Assembly (NCBI RefSeq): GCF_006345805.1
Contig: NC_043004.1
Coordinates: 48,360,001-48,424,000, forward strand
DNA from: Octopus sinensis
Lineage: Eukaryota
DNA: 64,000 nucleotides
Direction of reading: 5' to 3'
Below, in pieces: positions 52,801-63,449 of the stretch (position 1 is the first letter of the stretch; each line of letters begins with the position of its first letter). Made by a program: the position numbers and the translations under genes. The notes beneath the pieces were generated by a model. That model was not told the DNA's origin and made no database searches. It saw only the letters and a program-made list of their open reading frames with translations.

Positions 52801-54408
52801 TAATAATAAATATAAAACATCACTAAAGTTGGCTTAATACATGGAGTGATACCGTTACCCTTTCAGTGTGAATGTCCAATCAGTCTAGGGATCTTTATAC
52901 AGAAATGCATGCAATAAAAGGAGGGAAAAACAAAATGGCAGAAAATTTTGTCACAGAACAAAGAGTTTCTAGAAAGACAAGGAGTAGGGTGGGCACACAG
53001 GGTAGATTAAAATGGTAAAATGACTAAAATGATAAAAAAAAAAAAGAAAAAAAAAGTAGAGAAAATAATTTTCAAATAAAAAATTTCAAACTAAAACCAA
53101 TAATTGAAAAAACAAAAATAGTAATACTAAAGTAGCAAGTTACAGCTTATTAACAAATTAAAGAAAATTTCTTCTCTTGAATACATATTGTCAGTTCTAA
53201 TGTTGATATAAAACTGAAGAGATTGTCAATGTTATGAGGACAATTCCAGACATACATACATATATGCATATACATACATATATACATACATTTCTTCTCT
53301 CTCATATATACATACATACATATTATATATATGTATGATGTATATATAAATATACACACACAAAATAAAGAGAACTACTAAATTGGGCAGTAGGGACTTA
53401 AATATTGAACTATTTCTTCAGATTATTTCTACCTTTATTCCTAAATATAATAAATGGGTTTTCAATTTTGCCACAAGGGCAGCAATTTTGGGAGAGGGGA
53501 TGAGTTGATTACATTCAACTGGTACTTGTTTTATCAACCCTGAAAGGATGAAAGGCAATGTCAACCTCAGCAGAATTTGAACTCAGAATGTAAAGATGGA
53601 CAAAATGCCACAAAGCATTCTGCCCGGTGTGCTAATGATTCTGCTAGCTCACTGCCATATTCCGAAAGATAATAATAATAATACTATCATTTAGAGCTAA
53701 TAGGGACACATTAAAACCAACAGCTGGTGTGTTAAGTATCACATTCCAAAACATATTGTTATATACATGGATGCTAATGTAGTAGTGTTTGTGTCAATAT
53801 CATATGTAGAGACACTGGTGCTGACATCATGTTAACCCAACTAGTAATCAAACTATATAAGCTAATCTTTTTAAAACCTTATTACTAATTGTAATGACAG
53901 AGTGTAAATGTGATGAAATCTGACTGTCTAAGGGAGATAAGAAATACAGAGTGCAATCAGAAGCCATAGAACTGTTTGCCCCGCATTTGAACTTGGAAAT
54001 ATTTTTTTGTATCGAGAACTAATGTTTACCTATAACCTCTACATAATGCTTCACTTATTACCTGCATTAAGGTACTGCAAAGCACAAAACACTTTATCTC
54101 AGTTTGGTTCCAAAGTTTAAAAATGTACACTTCTAGGTCTTACAAGTCAATTCTTCAAATATAAACCGTAAAGTTGAAGCAGTTCTAGCAAAGAACTTAG
54201 GTCTCCTCTTCTGATAAAGGAACTGCAGAAACTTATTTCTAAATGTTACTAATTCCTTACAGCTTAATCGAACAAACAGAAACAAACCACAGCTCCAATA
54301 TTGAAATCTTCAGAGCATTTCACTTACAGTAAAAAAACCTGGCATCGGACCTCCTGGCATTCCATCTTGAGGTGGCATTTGACCTAGTGGACTTGGTGCT
54401 GCTGCATT
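11808..54408 (-). CDS. SSBP3: SSDP / single-stranded DNA-binding protein (SSBP2/3/4 orthologue), spliced 13-exon 3' portion; 5' LUFS exons outside window
   Basis: 13 exons found by hand, all GT-AG, phases 0,0,0,1,0,2,0,0,1,0,1,0, summing to 915 nt with no internal stop. The peptide is collinear with vertebrate SSBP2/3 (AAAPSP, PFMSPR, PNSMDP, RPWP, YSSASPG, PGTPIMPSP, GPGTPRED) and ends in the invertebrate Ssdp tail ESAAILKIKESMQEEAKRFEK. Confidence 0.97.
12697..12812 (-). CDS. SSBP3: SSDP exon 12: (G)EMDGMKSSPPNGPGTPREDLPPGSTGEIGGYSLGYQEN
   Basis: cactccag|GAGAGA...GAAAAC|gtaagt, 116 nt, phase 1-0; PGTPRED motif. Confidence 0.96.
15880..15946 (-). CDS. SSBP3: SSDP exon 11: FPPMGGPDGGMPMGADMPAVMN(G)
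   Basis: cctttgctag|TTTCCA...TGAACG|gtaagt, 67 nt, phase 0-1; matches FPMGPGSDGPMGG..MNG. Confidence 0.94.
18867..18932. repeat. (GT)n microsatellite
   Basis: Directly visible. Confidence 0.95.
19438..20059. mobile_element. Three adjacent family B SINEs in -/+/- orientation (19438-19642, 19660-19865, 19875-20059)
   Basis: Shared core (aggatgaaagg..gttaaccc / gtttgcctttc) in alternating orientation, joined by (GAT)n and (TAA)n tracts. Confidence 0.8.
20445..20509 (-). CDS. SSBP3: SSDP exon 10: (D)STSSGDGMYGMMKASMPNMAG
   Basis: atttatag|ATTCTA...GCAGGG|gtgagt, 65 nt, phase 1-0; matches DSTNSGDNMY. Confidence 0.94.
20842..20896 (-). CDS. SSBP3: SSDP exon 9: GPPATGGAPGTPIMPSPQ(D)
   Basis: ctattttaag|GGTCCA...CACAAG|gtaggg, 55 nt, phase 0-1; PGTPIMPSP motif. 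Confidence 0.95.
22231..22266 (-). CDS. SSBP3: SSDP exon 8: INYSSASPGSYN
   Basis: tttttctag|ATAAAT...TATAAT|gtaagt, 36 nt, phase 0-0; matches IPYSSASPGNYV. Confidence 0.94.
22560..22780. repeat. Degenerate minisatellite between exons 7 and 8
   Basis: Repeated tgttacacctgg(t)aa(g)t(c)t motif. Confidence 0.55.
22916..22961 (-). CDS. SSBP3: SSDP exon 7: (M)PGGQGNRPWPPTSSS
   Basis: ttttttctcag|GCCTGG...TCATCA|gtaagt, 46 nt, phase 2-0; RPWP motif. Confidence 0.94.
24591..24667 (-). CDS. SSBP3: SSDP exon 6: NYGGIRGPPPNSMGPTAPGAMPPMS(M)
   Basis: aatacag|AATTAC...AGCAT|gtaagt, 77 nt, phase 0-2; NYG..PPPNS motif. Confidence 0.94.
25157..25366 (-). mobile_element. tRNA-derived SINE (my family B)
   Basis: Reverse complement has a TGGCAG..GTTAGC head, GAGTTCAAATTCC B-box, GACTTTGCCTTTCATCC core and AGAAAGGATTAT tail; many copies in window. 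Confidence 0.85.
25727..26137 (+). mobile_element. Full-length young tRNA-derived SINE (my family A) with internal (TA)n(TG)n tract
   Basis: A-box-like TGGCTGTGTGG and B-box-like GGTTCAGTCTC head, central microsatellite, AAGAGT tail, CpGs retained; near-identical second copy at 42592. Confidence 0.9.
26518..26585 (-). CDS. SSBP3: SSDP exon 5: (G)HPGIGPMQRMNHPGRMQGPINP
   Basis: ccaacag|GTCATC...AACCCA|gttagt, 68 nt, phase 1-0; GHP..MQRMN motif. Confidence 0.93.
27694..28014 (-). mobile_element. tRNA-derived SINE (my family D), near full length
   Basis: Reverse complement begins gaaggtgcgtggcccagtggttaggg (A-box) followed by B-box-like gagtacaattcc; fragments also at 27210-27375, 44035-44158 and 46340-46645. 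Confidence 0.8.
29095..29235 (-). mobile_element. SINE family C fragment
   Basis: catcatcgtttagcgcccgctttccatgctagcatgggttggacgg..ggctggatgcccttc. Confidence 0.75.
30509..30566 (-). CDS. SSBP3: SSDP exon 4: PPGGAAGQMSMPNSMDPRP(G)
   Basis: attgtag|CCTCCA...GGCCAG|gtaagc, 58 nt, phase 0-1; PNSMDP motif. Confidence 0.95.
31880..31957 (-). CDS. SSBP3: SSDP exon 3: PFMSPRFPGGPRAPGPVRMPNQVDFN
   Basis: ttttgtttccag|CCCTTC...TTTAAT|gtaagt, 78 nt; PFMSPR motif. Confidence 0.95.
33300..33700 (-). mobile_element. Degenerate RTE-like LINE 3' end
   Basis: Minus-strand fragment ctatatttggacatgta resembles the (Y/W)FGHV motif; heavily decayed. Confidence 0.3.
36790..37012. mobile_element. Degenerate piggyBac-type MITE (second family)
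   Basis: Right end tttaaatgctaacaggTTAA; left end decayed (ccaactcgttagtattcagattactctg). Confidence 0.45.
38966..39186. mobile_element. piggyBac-type MITE
   Basis: TTAA|CCCTTTCATTAC ... GTAATGAAAGGG|TTAA: perfect 12-bp TIR and TTAA TSD. Confidence 0.9.
39850..39995 (+). pseudogene. Penelope-like element GIY-YIG endonuclease remnant
   Basis: Single frame TIYKAKLSVIPRNCIG*TVNDFEIRFTKHMR: IY-x10-(Y/C)IG spacing plus the downstream R..H helix. Confidence 0.6.
42592..42938 (+). mobile_element. 5'-truncated young SINE family A copy
   Basis: About 95% identical by eye to 25802-26137 outside the microsatellite. Confidence 0.9.
43250..43600 (+). mobile_element. Degenerate RTE-like LINE 3' end
   Basis: Fragments HGVE / RQGAPKQTTW resemble the G.R.RGRP..TW motif. 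Confidence 0.4.
45099..45161 (-). CDS. SSBP3: SSDP exon 2 in window: PPASQPSPHPQPHTPMMGQNQ
   Basis: ccccttccacag|CCGCCA...AACCAA|gtgagt, 63 nt, phase 0-0; matches SSBP3 GPPGSQPSPHAQPPPHNPSSMMGPHSQ. Confidence 0.9.
45812..46010 (-). mobile_element. SINE family B copy
   Basis: cacaaggcc..ttttatcgacccc..ggatgaaagg..gaatttgaac..tctgccagc after (AAT)n. Confidence 0.8.
49200..49610. repeat. Degenerate about 25-bp purine-rich minisatellite
   Basis: Recurrent aaccatgatgtaggctaaggagtat variants; resumes at 50340-50400 after the LINE. Confidence 0.55.
49870..50338 (+). mobile_element. 5'-truncated RTE-clade LINE (ORF2 C-terminal remnant)
   Basis: Uninterrupted frame WSSNLSRDFKLKIFKSTVEPILLYGSETWTL...RRVQFAGHC...MMDREVWRNIV carries the characteristic post-RT motifs (LLYGSETW, RxxFAGH, DRxxWR). 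Confidence 0.88.
50482..50701. mobile_element. hAT-type (Charlie-like) MITE
   Basis: 15-bp TIR CAGTGCTTTTCAACC / GGTTGAAAACCACTG (1 mismatch); perfect 8-bp TSD CTCTATAC at 50474-50481 and 50702-50709. Confidence 0.92.
50793..51011. mobile_element. Tigger/pogo-type MITE
   Basis: 12-bp perfect TIR CAGTAATCCCTC / GAGGGATTACTG flanked by TA on both sides. Confidence 0.88.
51480..52160 (+). mobile_element. Tandem cluster of 3-4 degenerate family B SINE copies
   Basis: Repeated gagttcaaat / tcaactttgcctt / aatttcaggccttgtacc..agaaaggattattatt segments. Confidence 0.65.
52421..52513 (+). mobile_element. Tiny 3' stub of a LINE with an 11-bp target-site duplication
   Basis: TTGAATATTGT at 52410-52420 and 52514-52524 flanks a 93-bp GC-richer insert with a QD.RDHWRITI-like remnant and TTA tail. 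Confidence 0.6.
53445..53657 (-). mobile_element. SINE family B copy
   Basis: ccctgaaaggatgaaaggc..gaatttgaactcagaatgtaaag..tctgctagctcactgcc. Confidence 0.85.
54328..54408 (-). CDS. SSBP3: SSDP exon (first in window): NAAAPSPLGQMPPQDGMPGGPMPGFFT
   Basis: tttcttag|AATGCA...TTTACT|gtaagt, 81 nt, phase 0-0; matches vertebrate [30 protein letters not shown]. Confidence 0.95.
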
Positions 54409-55269
54409 CTAAGAAATGTACAAAACAAAAAAACAGAACTATTTTTTAAGAATGTTATCAAAATAAATAAAAAAAAAACAATCAGCTGTCAAATAAAATA
54501 GAAGCCGTTTGTAAAATAGAAATAGCAGCAAAGAAACATAAATTTAAGTAAAATTAGCAACAAACAATTTAGCTTCAGCAGAGGCAAACAAAAGAGAACA
54601 AAAAGAATTAAACATAAAAAAGAAACCTATTAGAAATACAATAATTTTTATGATAGAGTGAATGTGAGGATGGATGGTGATATGCATATACATATGTTTG
54701 GGTGTAAAAGCAACATAAAATGTACTCAATACATTTAGTAGATACTATTCATTCAAAGCATATGATTCACTTTGTTGCTATACTGTTTATACAAAAGAAA
54801 CTCAGGGTAGTGACAAGAGTAAATAAACAACTATAAATTAATTCATACATATATAGACCATAGCCATCACTTGCAAGCAAATGCGTCCTGGTAGCATGTA
54901 TTATGCTGTTATTGTGTCTATGTAGTCGACAAGCAGACATCCTCTCCAATATCAGTGACACGAAAAGCATCCAGCTCTAGAAAAGTTTTACTAGAACAAG
55001 TTTCATATGATCCATACAAGTATGGAAAATTGGACATAATAAAACAAACCAATATAGTATATACTAAATATATGAGTTGTATGCAAACAATATCCAACTT
55101 TATATTTTCCTGCCTAAACTAATGCCGTGTGGGCAAAATCCTTTGGGTGAGAGTTGACACCACCCTTCATGCACATGTATGAAGGTTTTCGCAACAGTAG
55201 GCCGCGTCAGTCTCTGGCTGTTATGCCTAGAGTTCAAATGTGTAGTGAGTGCTTCTTAGATTTTTGTTT

Positions 55270-55685
55270 TCATGCAAGATGACCCGAATCCATCAAGCAG
55301 AGAGAATGCATCCAGTTTTGCCAAAAGCTTGGTGATACTCAAACTCAATCTATCCAGAAGATTCAGCAGACCCATGCTGATGATACCATGAGCAGCATCA
55401 CCAAATGATCAAGGAGTGGTACAACTGCTAAAGACTGCTGTGTAACAATCCAGGAAATTGCTCGCAAAGTAGGAATAAGTACAGGAGCAGTGCATTCTAT
55501 TTTAACAGAGGAACTGTGCATGCAGGGAGTGTCGGCGAAATTCACCCCAAAGGTACTGGCAGGGCAACAGAAGCAATTCTGTATGGAAATCGCTCAGCAC
55601 ATGCTGGACTGTTAAAATCACAATCCAAACTTCAAACTTTAAGAACACCATCATCACTGGTGGTGAGACACAGGTTTATGGTCTC
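55270..55685 (+). pseudogene. Decayed mariner (Tc1/mariner, DD34D) transposase fragment
   Basis: Frames read IKQRECIQFCQKLGDTQTQSIQKIQQ, VTIQEIARKVGISTGAVHSILTEELCMQGVSAKFTPKVL and IITGGETQVYG (cf. ITGDETWVY); frameshifts and deletions present. Confidence 0.85.
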
Positions 55686-56864
55686 TGCTCGATGCATTTA
55701 GTCATCTTGTGTAAAGACAAAAATCTGACAAGTGTGCACTGCATGTCTGCATTCTAGGCATAACAGTTGGGAACTGATGCAGCTTATTGACATGAAAATT
55801 TTCATGCATGCAGAGGTGTCACCTGCCACCCAAAGGATTTTATATCCATGTGGCATTAATTTTTCCAGTAAAAAAATCAAGCCAGATTCTTTTTGTATGC
55901 ATTTTATAATATGTATGTGTGTGTGTATATTAAATATAAGGTACACATGTATATTATACGTGTGTGAGTGTGTGTGTGTGCACGCACATGTGTGCTCAAG
56001 CATATAAATGTTTTAGATCTTTTCATTTCTTCCTACTTGAGGAGAATGGCGATGCCATTTTTACATTCCCTGTAAATAATAGATCCGGTAACAGAGTACT
56101 TTTGATTTGTAATGATAACTGGAAAACAATATTCTAAAATACCTTAGGCAAGGCTTAGTGACAGAGAGGACTTCTGGCAGTAGAATTATAAAACACAGCC
56201 TGAATATATTTTCATTCAGCCTATGCAATCTTAGAAAGGCTGACAAAAAAATCTCTAATTGAAAAAAGAGGGTAAATGATGAACATTTCTATGTGAATAT
56301 AACTCCAGCAAAATTTTAGTTTAGTCGCGAATAAATGTCAAAAATCTCTTAAGTTCTAATTTTAATATATTTTCATTAACACAAGGCTTTTATACAGTCT
56401 TTTTCAAAAGTGATTTTCAACTCAGTTTGCAAAACCGAATCCCATTCAATGTGCCATCTACTTCCAGTCCCCTGCTTCAAAATTATGCATTCCTCCTTTA
56501 AGAGTCAGTATTAAAATATCGCATGTATACAAGGTAGAGGGCAGAAAAATGCACTTGTCTTTTTAAGAAGTAAAAAAAGAAAATCTTTTACAAGTAAATA
56601 AATTTGAAATTTTTAAAAATTTTATCTTTGGGCTTGTCTTAAGTGTATGTCCATGAGATTCGTGTAATTAATGATACTTTAAGGTATAATGAGTTTAAAC
56701 AAATGGGTAAAGTCCTATTTTGGTGTACATTTTTGTTGGTTATGCTTCTAGCTTATTTTCTTTTTTAGTTGCATACACACACAAACACACACACACATCA
56801 TAAAATCCTACCTTCACACTGAAACTAAAATCAAATGCAAAGGTTAGAAAATATCATAATAATA

Positions 56865-57007
56865 CTGGTTCCAAATTTTGGTGCAAGGCCACAAATTTTA
56901 GGGGTGGGAGTAAGGTGATTGTATCAACCCCAGTGCTCGACTGGTACTTATTTTATCGACCTCAAAAGATGAAAGGCAAAGTTGGCCTCAGCAGAATTTG
57001 AACTCAA
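56865..57007 (-). mobile_element. Truncated SINE family B copy
   Basis: gtgcaaggcc..ctggtacttattttatcgacc..gatgaaaggcaaag..gaatttgaactca. Confidence 0.8.
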
Positions 57008-57899
57008 TAATTAATATATGTGGTGGAGACTAGCTATGTACAGATTAAATGCATAATGTGCAATGTAAATATACTTATCTGTATGTATTAACATTAAAAA
57101 AATGTAAAACTATGTAAGAACATCTCTACTCCAGCAAATAATAATTATGCCAAGCATATTTTCATCCAAAATACGTGGCTTTTATGGTCCATTTTAACAT
57201 AGCTCCCAACTTTCTCATTAAATTGCAAAACTCGCTTTCTTTTGGTGACTACTGCCTTGTCTGCATTTTGAAATTATTCACATATTACATGTTGAATGCA
57301 TGACTAACTATTATCATTTTCTCAGTAACATTAAAAAAATCTACGACACTGAACTTTGAATCTATTCATATTGTATACACTGAAATTATACATGCATACA
57401 TAATTTGAGTGTGTGTGTGAGAGAGAGAGAGAGAGAGTGTGTGTGTGTGTGTGTGTGGTGTGTGTGTGTGCGTGCGCACGCGTGGCTGCATGTGGTTTTC
57501 ATATTCAAGCTTCATCTTTCTGAACATTTTTATCACACACTAAAAATATGACTTAACTAACAAACATTGCACCCTATAAGTTTAAAAGGATGCATGCTCT
57601 TCATATTGTTAATTATAAATTATATTGTGGCTCTTCCAATTTTAAAACAAAAATAATTGTTAATAATTTGTAGTAAATAGCAATTTACACAAGTAGCTTT
57701 TTATTTTTTATTATTAACATTCTTTCACATATATTATACATCATGTGTTCTGTGAAGGAATTAACAAGATTTTGGACATTCTTCGCTCCCCGGTCATTCT
57801 GAGATGATATAATACACACAGTGCATACTGCTGTAGCATGGGATGCCCTCACCCCATACATTCAACTAAATCTGAACAATTTGCAACAAGAAGCATCAC

Positions 57900-59800
57900 T
57901 GCAGAAGCAGAGAAGAGGAAAGGTCTAAAGGACTAAAGCAAATGCATTTGAACTTCAATAAAGATGAAATTGATCTGATTCTGCCTGACAGGACAGACAG
58001 ACCAGAATTGGAGTAATTCTAGGTAGAGAGGAATTGGCTTGCAACTTAAACTCAAAGGTGACGATGCAGAAAACAAGGGTACGTTTCTCAAGCAAATAAA
58101 ATTCAGCTTTCAACTAAGGTTCCAAAGCAAATAGAGAAGACACTCAAGTAGAGTGATTTGGGTTTTCAACAGAATCAAAGACAAGAGATATCTCTATCAA
58201 GTGCGGCATTGTAGTTTAGAGCAAACAGGAAAAATAAGATCAGAAAACTTGCTACTTTTTGCAACAAGCTCACTTTGAGCAAGTCATTTCTGAGTGAACC
58301 ATAGACCCTTTTCTCTTGAAGTTCCAGGAAAGTTTTGAACATAGCTTGAACATCCATGTCAACCAGAAACATGTATTATTACTATTACACAAATTCCAAG
58401 TATTTAGAGAAGAAATAGGCTTTAAAATAGATCAACTTCAAGCAAGTGTTACTGACTTCTGTCAACAGTGAACACAGAGCAAAACACTGTCTTGATAAAG
58501 TCATTGTCGACAAACAAAAGGTGTAAAATTTTGTGTTTGAAAGCATGTGGAGATACAAAAAAGATCGGTCTCCAACCTCAGAGAGATTGCACATGCTATT
58601 GCTGTATATGAAATTGCAGCTATTTTGCCCCACAAAAGGAGATCCCTTCAAATGCAAGATTCCTATTTAAATAACTACTGAATGAACTTACTGCTGACCT
58701 ATCAAGTGATGAGATACTTATAGAACATAAGTAATTCTCTGATTAGGTAGAAACTTATAAAATGTATGAGACTGTAACAAGCCATCAGCTGTACTGCTGT
58801 CTGGTAACTTGAAGCAAATTTTTGCCAAGTTGTTTTCCACTGTACAAGACCACAAATTGTTGAAGTAATTGTTGGGATCACGTGGAAACAATGGAGCTAA
58901 AAACCAAGCCATGACTATATGTAATCCTGATGAATGAGAATTTGCAAATTACCTTCCAGAAGTAGGGAAAGGGTAACATTTCTACTGAGCTAAAATAAGC
59001 ATATTCAAAATCCTTCTCCTTAATAACCTTTGCCCTGCATATAGTAATCTCCCTGAACTATGCAATTTGAGTTGGTGAATGAATTCAAGTTGACAAGATT
59101 CCCAGATGATAGAAGATGTAAAAAACAAAATAAAAAACTCTTTAAGTCTATTACGAAGATCAATATTTCATTTCATAAAACTATTCTACTTTTTCCACCA
59201 CACATTCACGAATGAAAAAAGGAAAATTGCCTCATACTTTTGAGAAGCTTAGATCCTATAAACTGGATACTCTAATGGTTACATTACATGCTATATCATC
59301 ATCTTACATAAATAATTCTACGATTGAAGCTGAGGTGGCATCAAGGCTCAATGCTGGAACCAAGCAGTTGATTCCAAAAGATACCTCTTGTGTTCAAGAG
59401 ATAGAGTTCTTTTTTCATGATTACTTGCGAACAATTTCCTGTCAATCAAGCCTTTACTTGAGATGCAACATGGCACAGAAGCAGACAATTGAACAGATTG
59501 GAATATACATATCAGCACGATTCTTCTTACATGGTCAAATGTATATTGGAGTTTGGAAGAAAGCAGATGTAAAAGGCTGGGAGAAATGAAAAAGATGCAT
59601 TCACTGACAACTGTTTCTACTATCATAGTCTACATTTCACCCATTTTGAATGGAGTTAACAGTTTCTTTTGTTGTTAGAACAAGAAAATACAAATATGAA
59701 GGAAAGAAATTCACTTCCCAAGGGTGAGTTGGAAGAGTCACTGAATGGCAAAACAAGCATTCAGCAGAAACTGGAAGAAGTATTGCATGGAGAGCAGTGT
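57900..59800 (+). mobile_element. Old, fragmented RTE-like LINE
   Basis: Residual motifs STIEAEVASRL and FFHDYLRTI resemble the RTE ORF2 post-RT region; many stops, boundaries approximate. Confidence 0.45.
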
Positions 59801-59929
59801 TTCTTTTAGAGGAGGTCCCTCGTCCTTAAGTTTCTACAAGAATCATTAAGCTGTGTGGTTAAAGCCATTCTTAAGGTGTAGTTACGAACAAATGGTTGTG
59901 TTATAAATAACAGCAATGACTGATCAGTA

Positions 59930-60720
59930 TCACAACAACCACTGAGTTGAGCTTTCGCAATCATTATTGATCTCTCGTCAGAACCATCACTGATCTTTCA
60001 CAATAATTAGCCATGAGCTGTATCATAACAATCACTCCATTACTGAACTGGGTCAGTATAAATATCAGTGGACAACTTCAATACAGTTGACACTACATCT
60101 ATAAAAGCCTTGTCATTATAGTCAACACTATATAAAAGCTATGCTGATAAAAACCACCAGAGTTGTGTCATTGAGCTGTTTCATTAAAACCAAAACTGAG
60201 CTGCTGTGTCATGCAATCCGAACACAAAGTTTCATTTGGATAAACACAGAGCTGAGCTATTATAACAACCATTAAGCTGTGTCATCATTACATCACAATA
60301 AATACTCAGGTGAGTCATTACAACCACCACTGAGCTCACAGAACTAGTCATTAGTCAACACTGAGTTCACACAACTACTGAGTTATTACAGTCAACACTG
60401 AGTTCACACTACAACTACTTGTATGCTGCACCATTTCAAATCAATGCCGTGCTATGCTATTTTCAATGGTTTTTCTGATATATTTATGATGACTGAGCTC
60501 TGTCAACATCAAAAAAACCCAAAAAACTGTTGACGTGTTTTATTACATGCATTATTGAGCTGTGTCATTCAAGCAACTGATGGTATGTCATTACAACCAG
60601 CTCTGATATGTATCATTAGAAACCAGAGAGTTGTGTCAATGCAACCACAGCAAATCTACGTCGCTGCAACTAATACTGACCTGGCCTGCATCATGACCAC
60701 CACTACTGAGTTGTGCCCAG
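59930..60720. repeat. Long degenerate minisatellite (about 22-25-bp unit)
   Basis: Recurrent actgagctgtgtcattacaacc(acc) variants over about 800 bp. Confidence 0.75.
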
Positions 60721-60916
60721 TAAATCATTAAATGTTTTGAAGTGATTTCACACTGTATTCATTTCATTCATTCTTACAAATGTTTAGATATTATTAAACT
60801 AAACTTTTTTTTTTCTTTTTCATAATTCATTAATATCAATCACTTTTTAAAGTTAGGTAAAGGCACATTGAGCAATGCCATTTTATACACACCACACACA
60901 CACACACACACACACG

Positions 60917-60962
<46 letters not shown>

Positions 60963-60969
60963 TATAGTT

Positions 60970-61175
60970 GATGCCAGTGCTGCCTGACTGGTCTCCATGC
61001 TGGTGGTACATAAAAAGCACCCACTACACTCACAGAGTGGTTGGAGTTAAGAAGGGAATCCATCTGTAGAAACCTTGCCAGACTGGAACCTGGTGCAGCC
61101 TCCTGGCTAGCCAGTCCTCAGTCAAAATGCCCAACCCATGCCAGCAAGGAAAGTGGACATTAAACAATGATGGTG
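60970..61175 (+). mobile_element. SINE-like repeat (my family C) with (GAT)n tail
   Basis: aaaagcacccactacactc..aagggaatccatctgtagaaaccttgcc..aacccatgccagc..ggacattaaacaatgatg; related copies at 29095-29235 (-), 23815-24090 and 63185-63340. Confidence 0.75.
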
Positions 61176-61803
61176 GATGGATAGATAGATAGATAGATAG
61201 ATAGATAAACTGAAACAAAGTTTGCCCCATGACTTTTGTGATTCTTTAGCGACATGAAACGCTAGATACAAAACAAAGTTTCAGTTTCAATAAAATTACC
61301 ATATCCTCAACACATATTGAGCATTCCTCTCTCATTCGGCTGACATAAACCAACATATGTATACACCTACACACACACACACACACACACACAAATATAT
61401 ATATATATTTACAGATATAGGGTGAAATATAATTAAATAAAATCAACAAATTTCACCTAGTATTATTTCGGTATGGAAACATCGAATATACCTTTATATC
61501 TTTCGATGTCGTTTGATCGAAAATATAAGAGGTAAGTTTTCCTAGCATTTCTAGATTTATGGGAAATATGTTGATAAGGAAATGAACCTTACGAATCTAA
61601 TCCAGAAATGTACATCCATAATTAATCCGAAGACTGTGTGATTTCATTGTTTTTCTTCTTTTTTTGCCATATGTGAGTTACAAATATTGTTGTCTGTGGA
61701 GACTTATTTTTGTAGTAAAAGGAAATAGCAGTCTTTTGGCTGCTATTTCTAATATTTTCGGTATTGTGGTTAAGCAACTTGTTGCAAAAAACCCTTATTA
61801 TTA

Positions 61804-61835
<32 letters not shown>

Positions 61836-63397
61836 ACATTAACTAGCAGAAAGGGGTGTGCATATGGTGCATCTGCTAATAATAATGATTTTCTTCATAC
61901 TTGAGTGGTGGGGGAAATGAACTCCAGTACATTATGGGCCCTAGAAGGCTGAAAGGAAGAAGCAGCATTGATGGGGTCCAGAACATAAAGAGTTATACCA
62001 AGACATTTTGTCTGACATACTAACAATGATGATGGTGGTGATGATGATTTCATTTATTTGCCACCAGAGCAATGGATGGGGGGGATTTAATAAATAACAA
62101 AACAAACCAGGTTAATTTTATATATTTACAGTATCTATAACGAATATATTGTTGTATCATAAAGTTAGTAATATCAAAAAGAGAATTTGGAAAGTCCTGG
62201 AGGTTAGATTGAATGGGGAAGGGCACATAAGGATTGGGGGACAGGCATGTTGAAAGAAAGAAGAAAAACAAAAGCCACGAGGTCATGACCTCTATTCTGA
62301 ACAAAGGGTTGTAAAAATAGCCCATCACCTGGCTGAACTAGAGAGCAGGTCACACTAGTTTTGTAACAGCTGGGTTAAGAAAGGATAGGCAGTGGGGGTA
62401 TAAAGAATATCAGTATATTGTTGTTCTCTCCTACATCACCTGCATACACCACTCTGTCACTTCTTACTAATGCCTGCCTTATATCACTTCTTCCTGTACA
62501 TGGTACAATGATTTCTAACATTTCCACAGGGCCAAAGATAAAAAGAAGTCACATGATGTATCTCTCACATATCCAATACAGTCTGTTGTTAAATTTCAAT
62601 GAGCTAAGATTATCCAAAAAGTTAGTAATCGAAAACAACGAGGTACACACTCAAACACACCTAAAAACAACAGAGATTAACTCCAATAAAAGCAGTAGAT
62701 AGAAAATTTAGGACAATATGTAGATTGCAGTGAACTAGGATCTTGTTAAGCTTCCTCCAACTACTTGAAGTATTTCAAATCTTCAGATTATTTTTTTTAA
62801 ATGTAGTTTTGCATACTGATGAAAATCTCATTCATATATTTCTAGAAATTAATATCTAAAGAAGTTACAAAAGTGTAGGAAATTTAAAATACTTCAAGTA
62901 GTTAGAAGAACAGGTGAAAGCAATGGATATGTTTCAGGAATTTTCAGAAGATGAAAGTTTCTAAAACTTACTGCCGTACTGTATTTATTATCAGAATTCT
63001 CTCCTGAGGTATTTTACCTCAGTTATATTATTGATATATCAAATCTAGTACATGACTAGTGTATACTTTATCAGTTCTGGAAAGATGAGAGACAACATTA
63101 ACTGAAGGAGACAAAAACCAGAGACTTATAATATGGCCCAATATTTTTTTCCGTACCACCAACACATAAAAGACACCCAGTACATTCCTATGGAGTGGTT
63201 GTTGTTAGGAAGGGCATTCAGCTGCAGAAACCAATCCAAAACAGATAGGAGTCTGCTGTAGCTCTCTGGCTTTATCAGTTCCTTTCAAAATGTCTAACCC
63301 ATACCAGCATGGAAAACAGATGCTAAAATGATTATGATGATGAGTAGAGAATGAGATGAAATTACAATCAGGAAAGACAATAGTATTTGTTAGTCTT

Positions 63398-63400
<3 letters not shown>

Positions 63401-63448
<48 letters not shown>
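63401..63448. repeat. (GT)n microsatellite
   Basis: Directly visible. Confidence 0.95.

Positions 63449-63449
<1 letters not shown>

Noticed and set aside
11913-54327. Intronic C/D-box snoRNAs on the host strand
   Set aside because: No convincing RUGAUGA...CUGA pair with terminal stem found by eye; a covariance-model scan would be needed to exclude them
59930-60720. CRISPR-like repeat/spacer appearance
   Set aside because: Units are degenerate and contiguous, with no unique constant-length spacers, no cas genes, and a eukaryotic intron context
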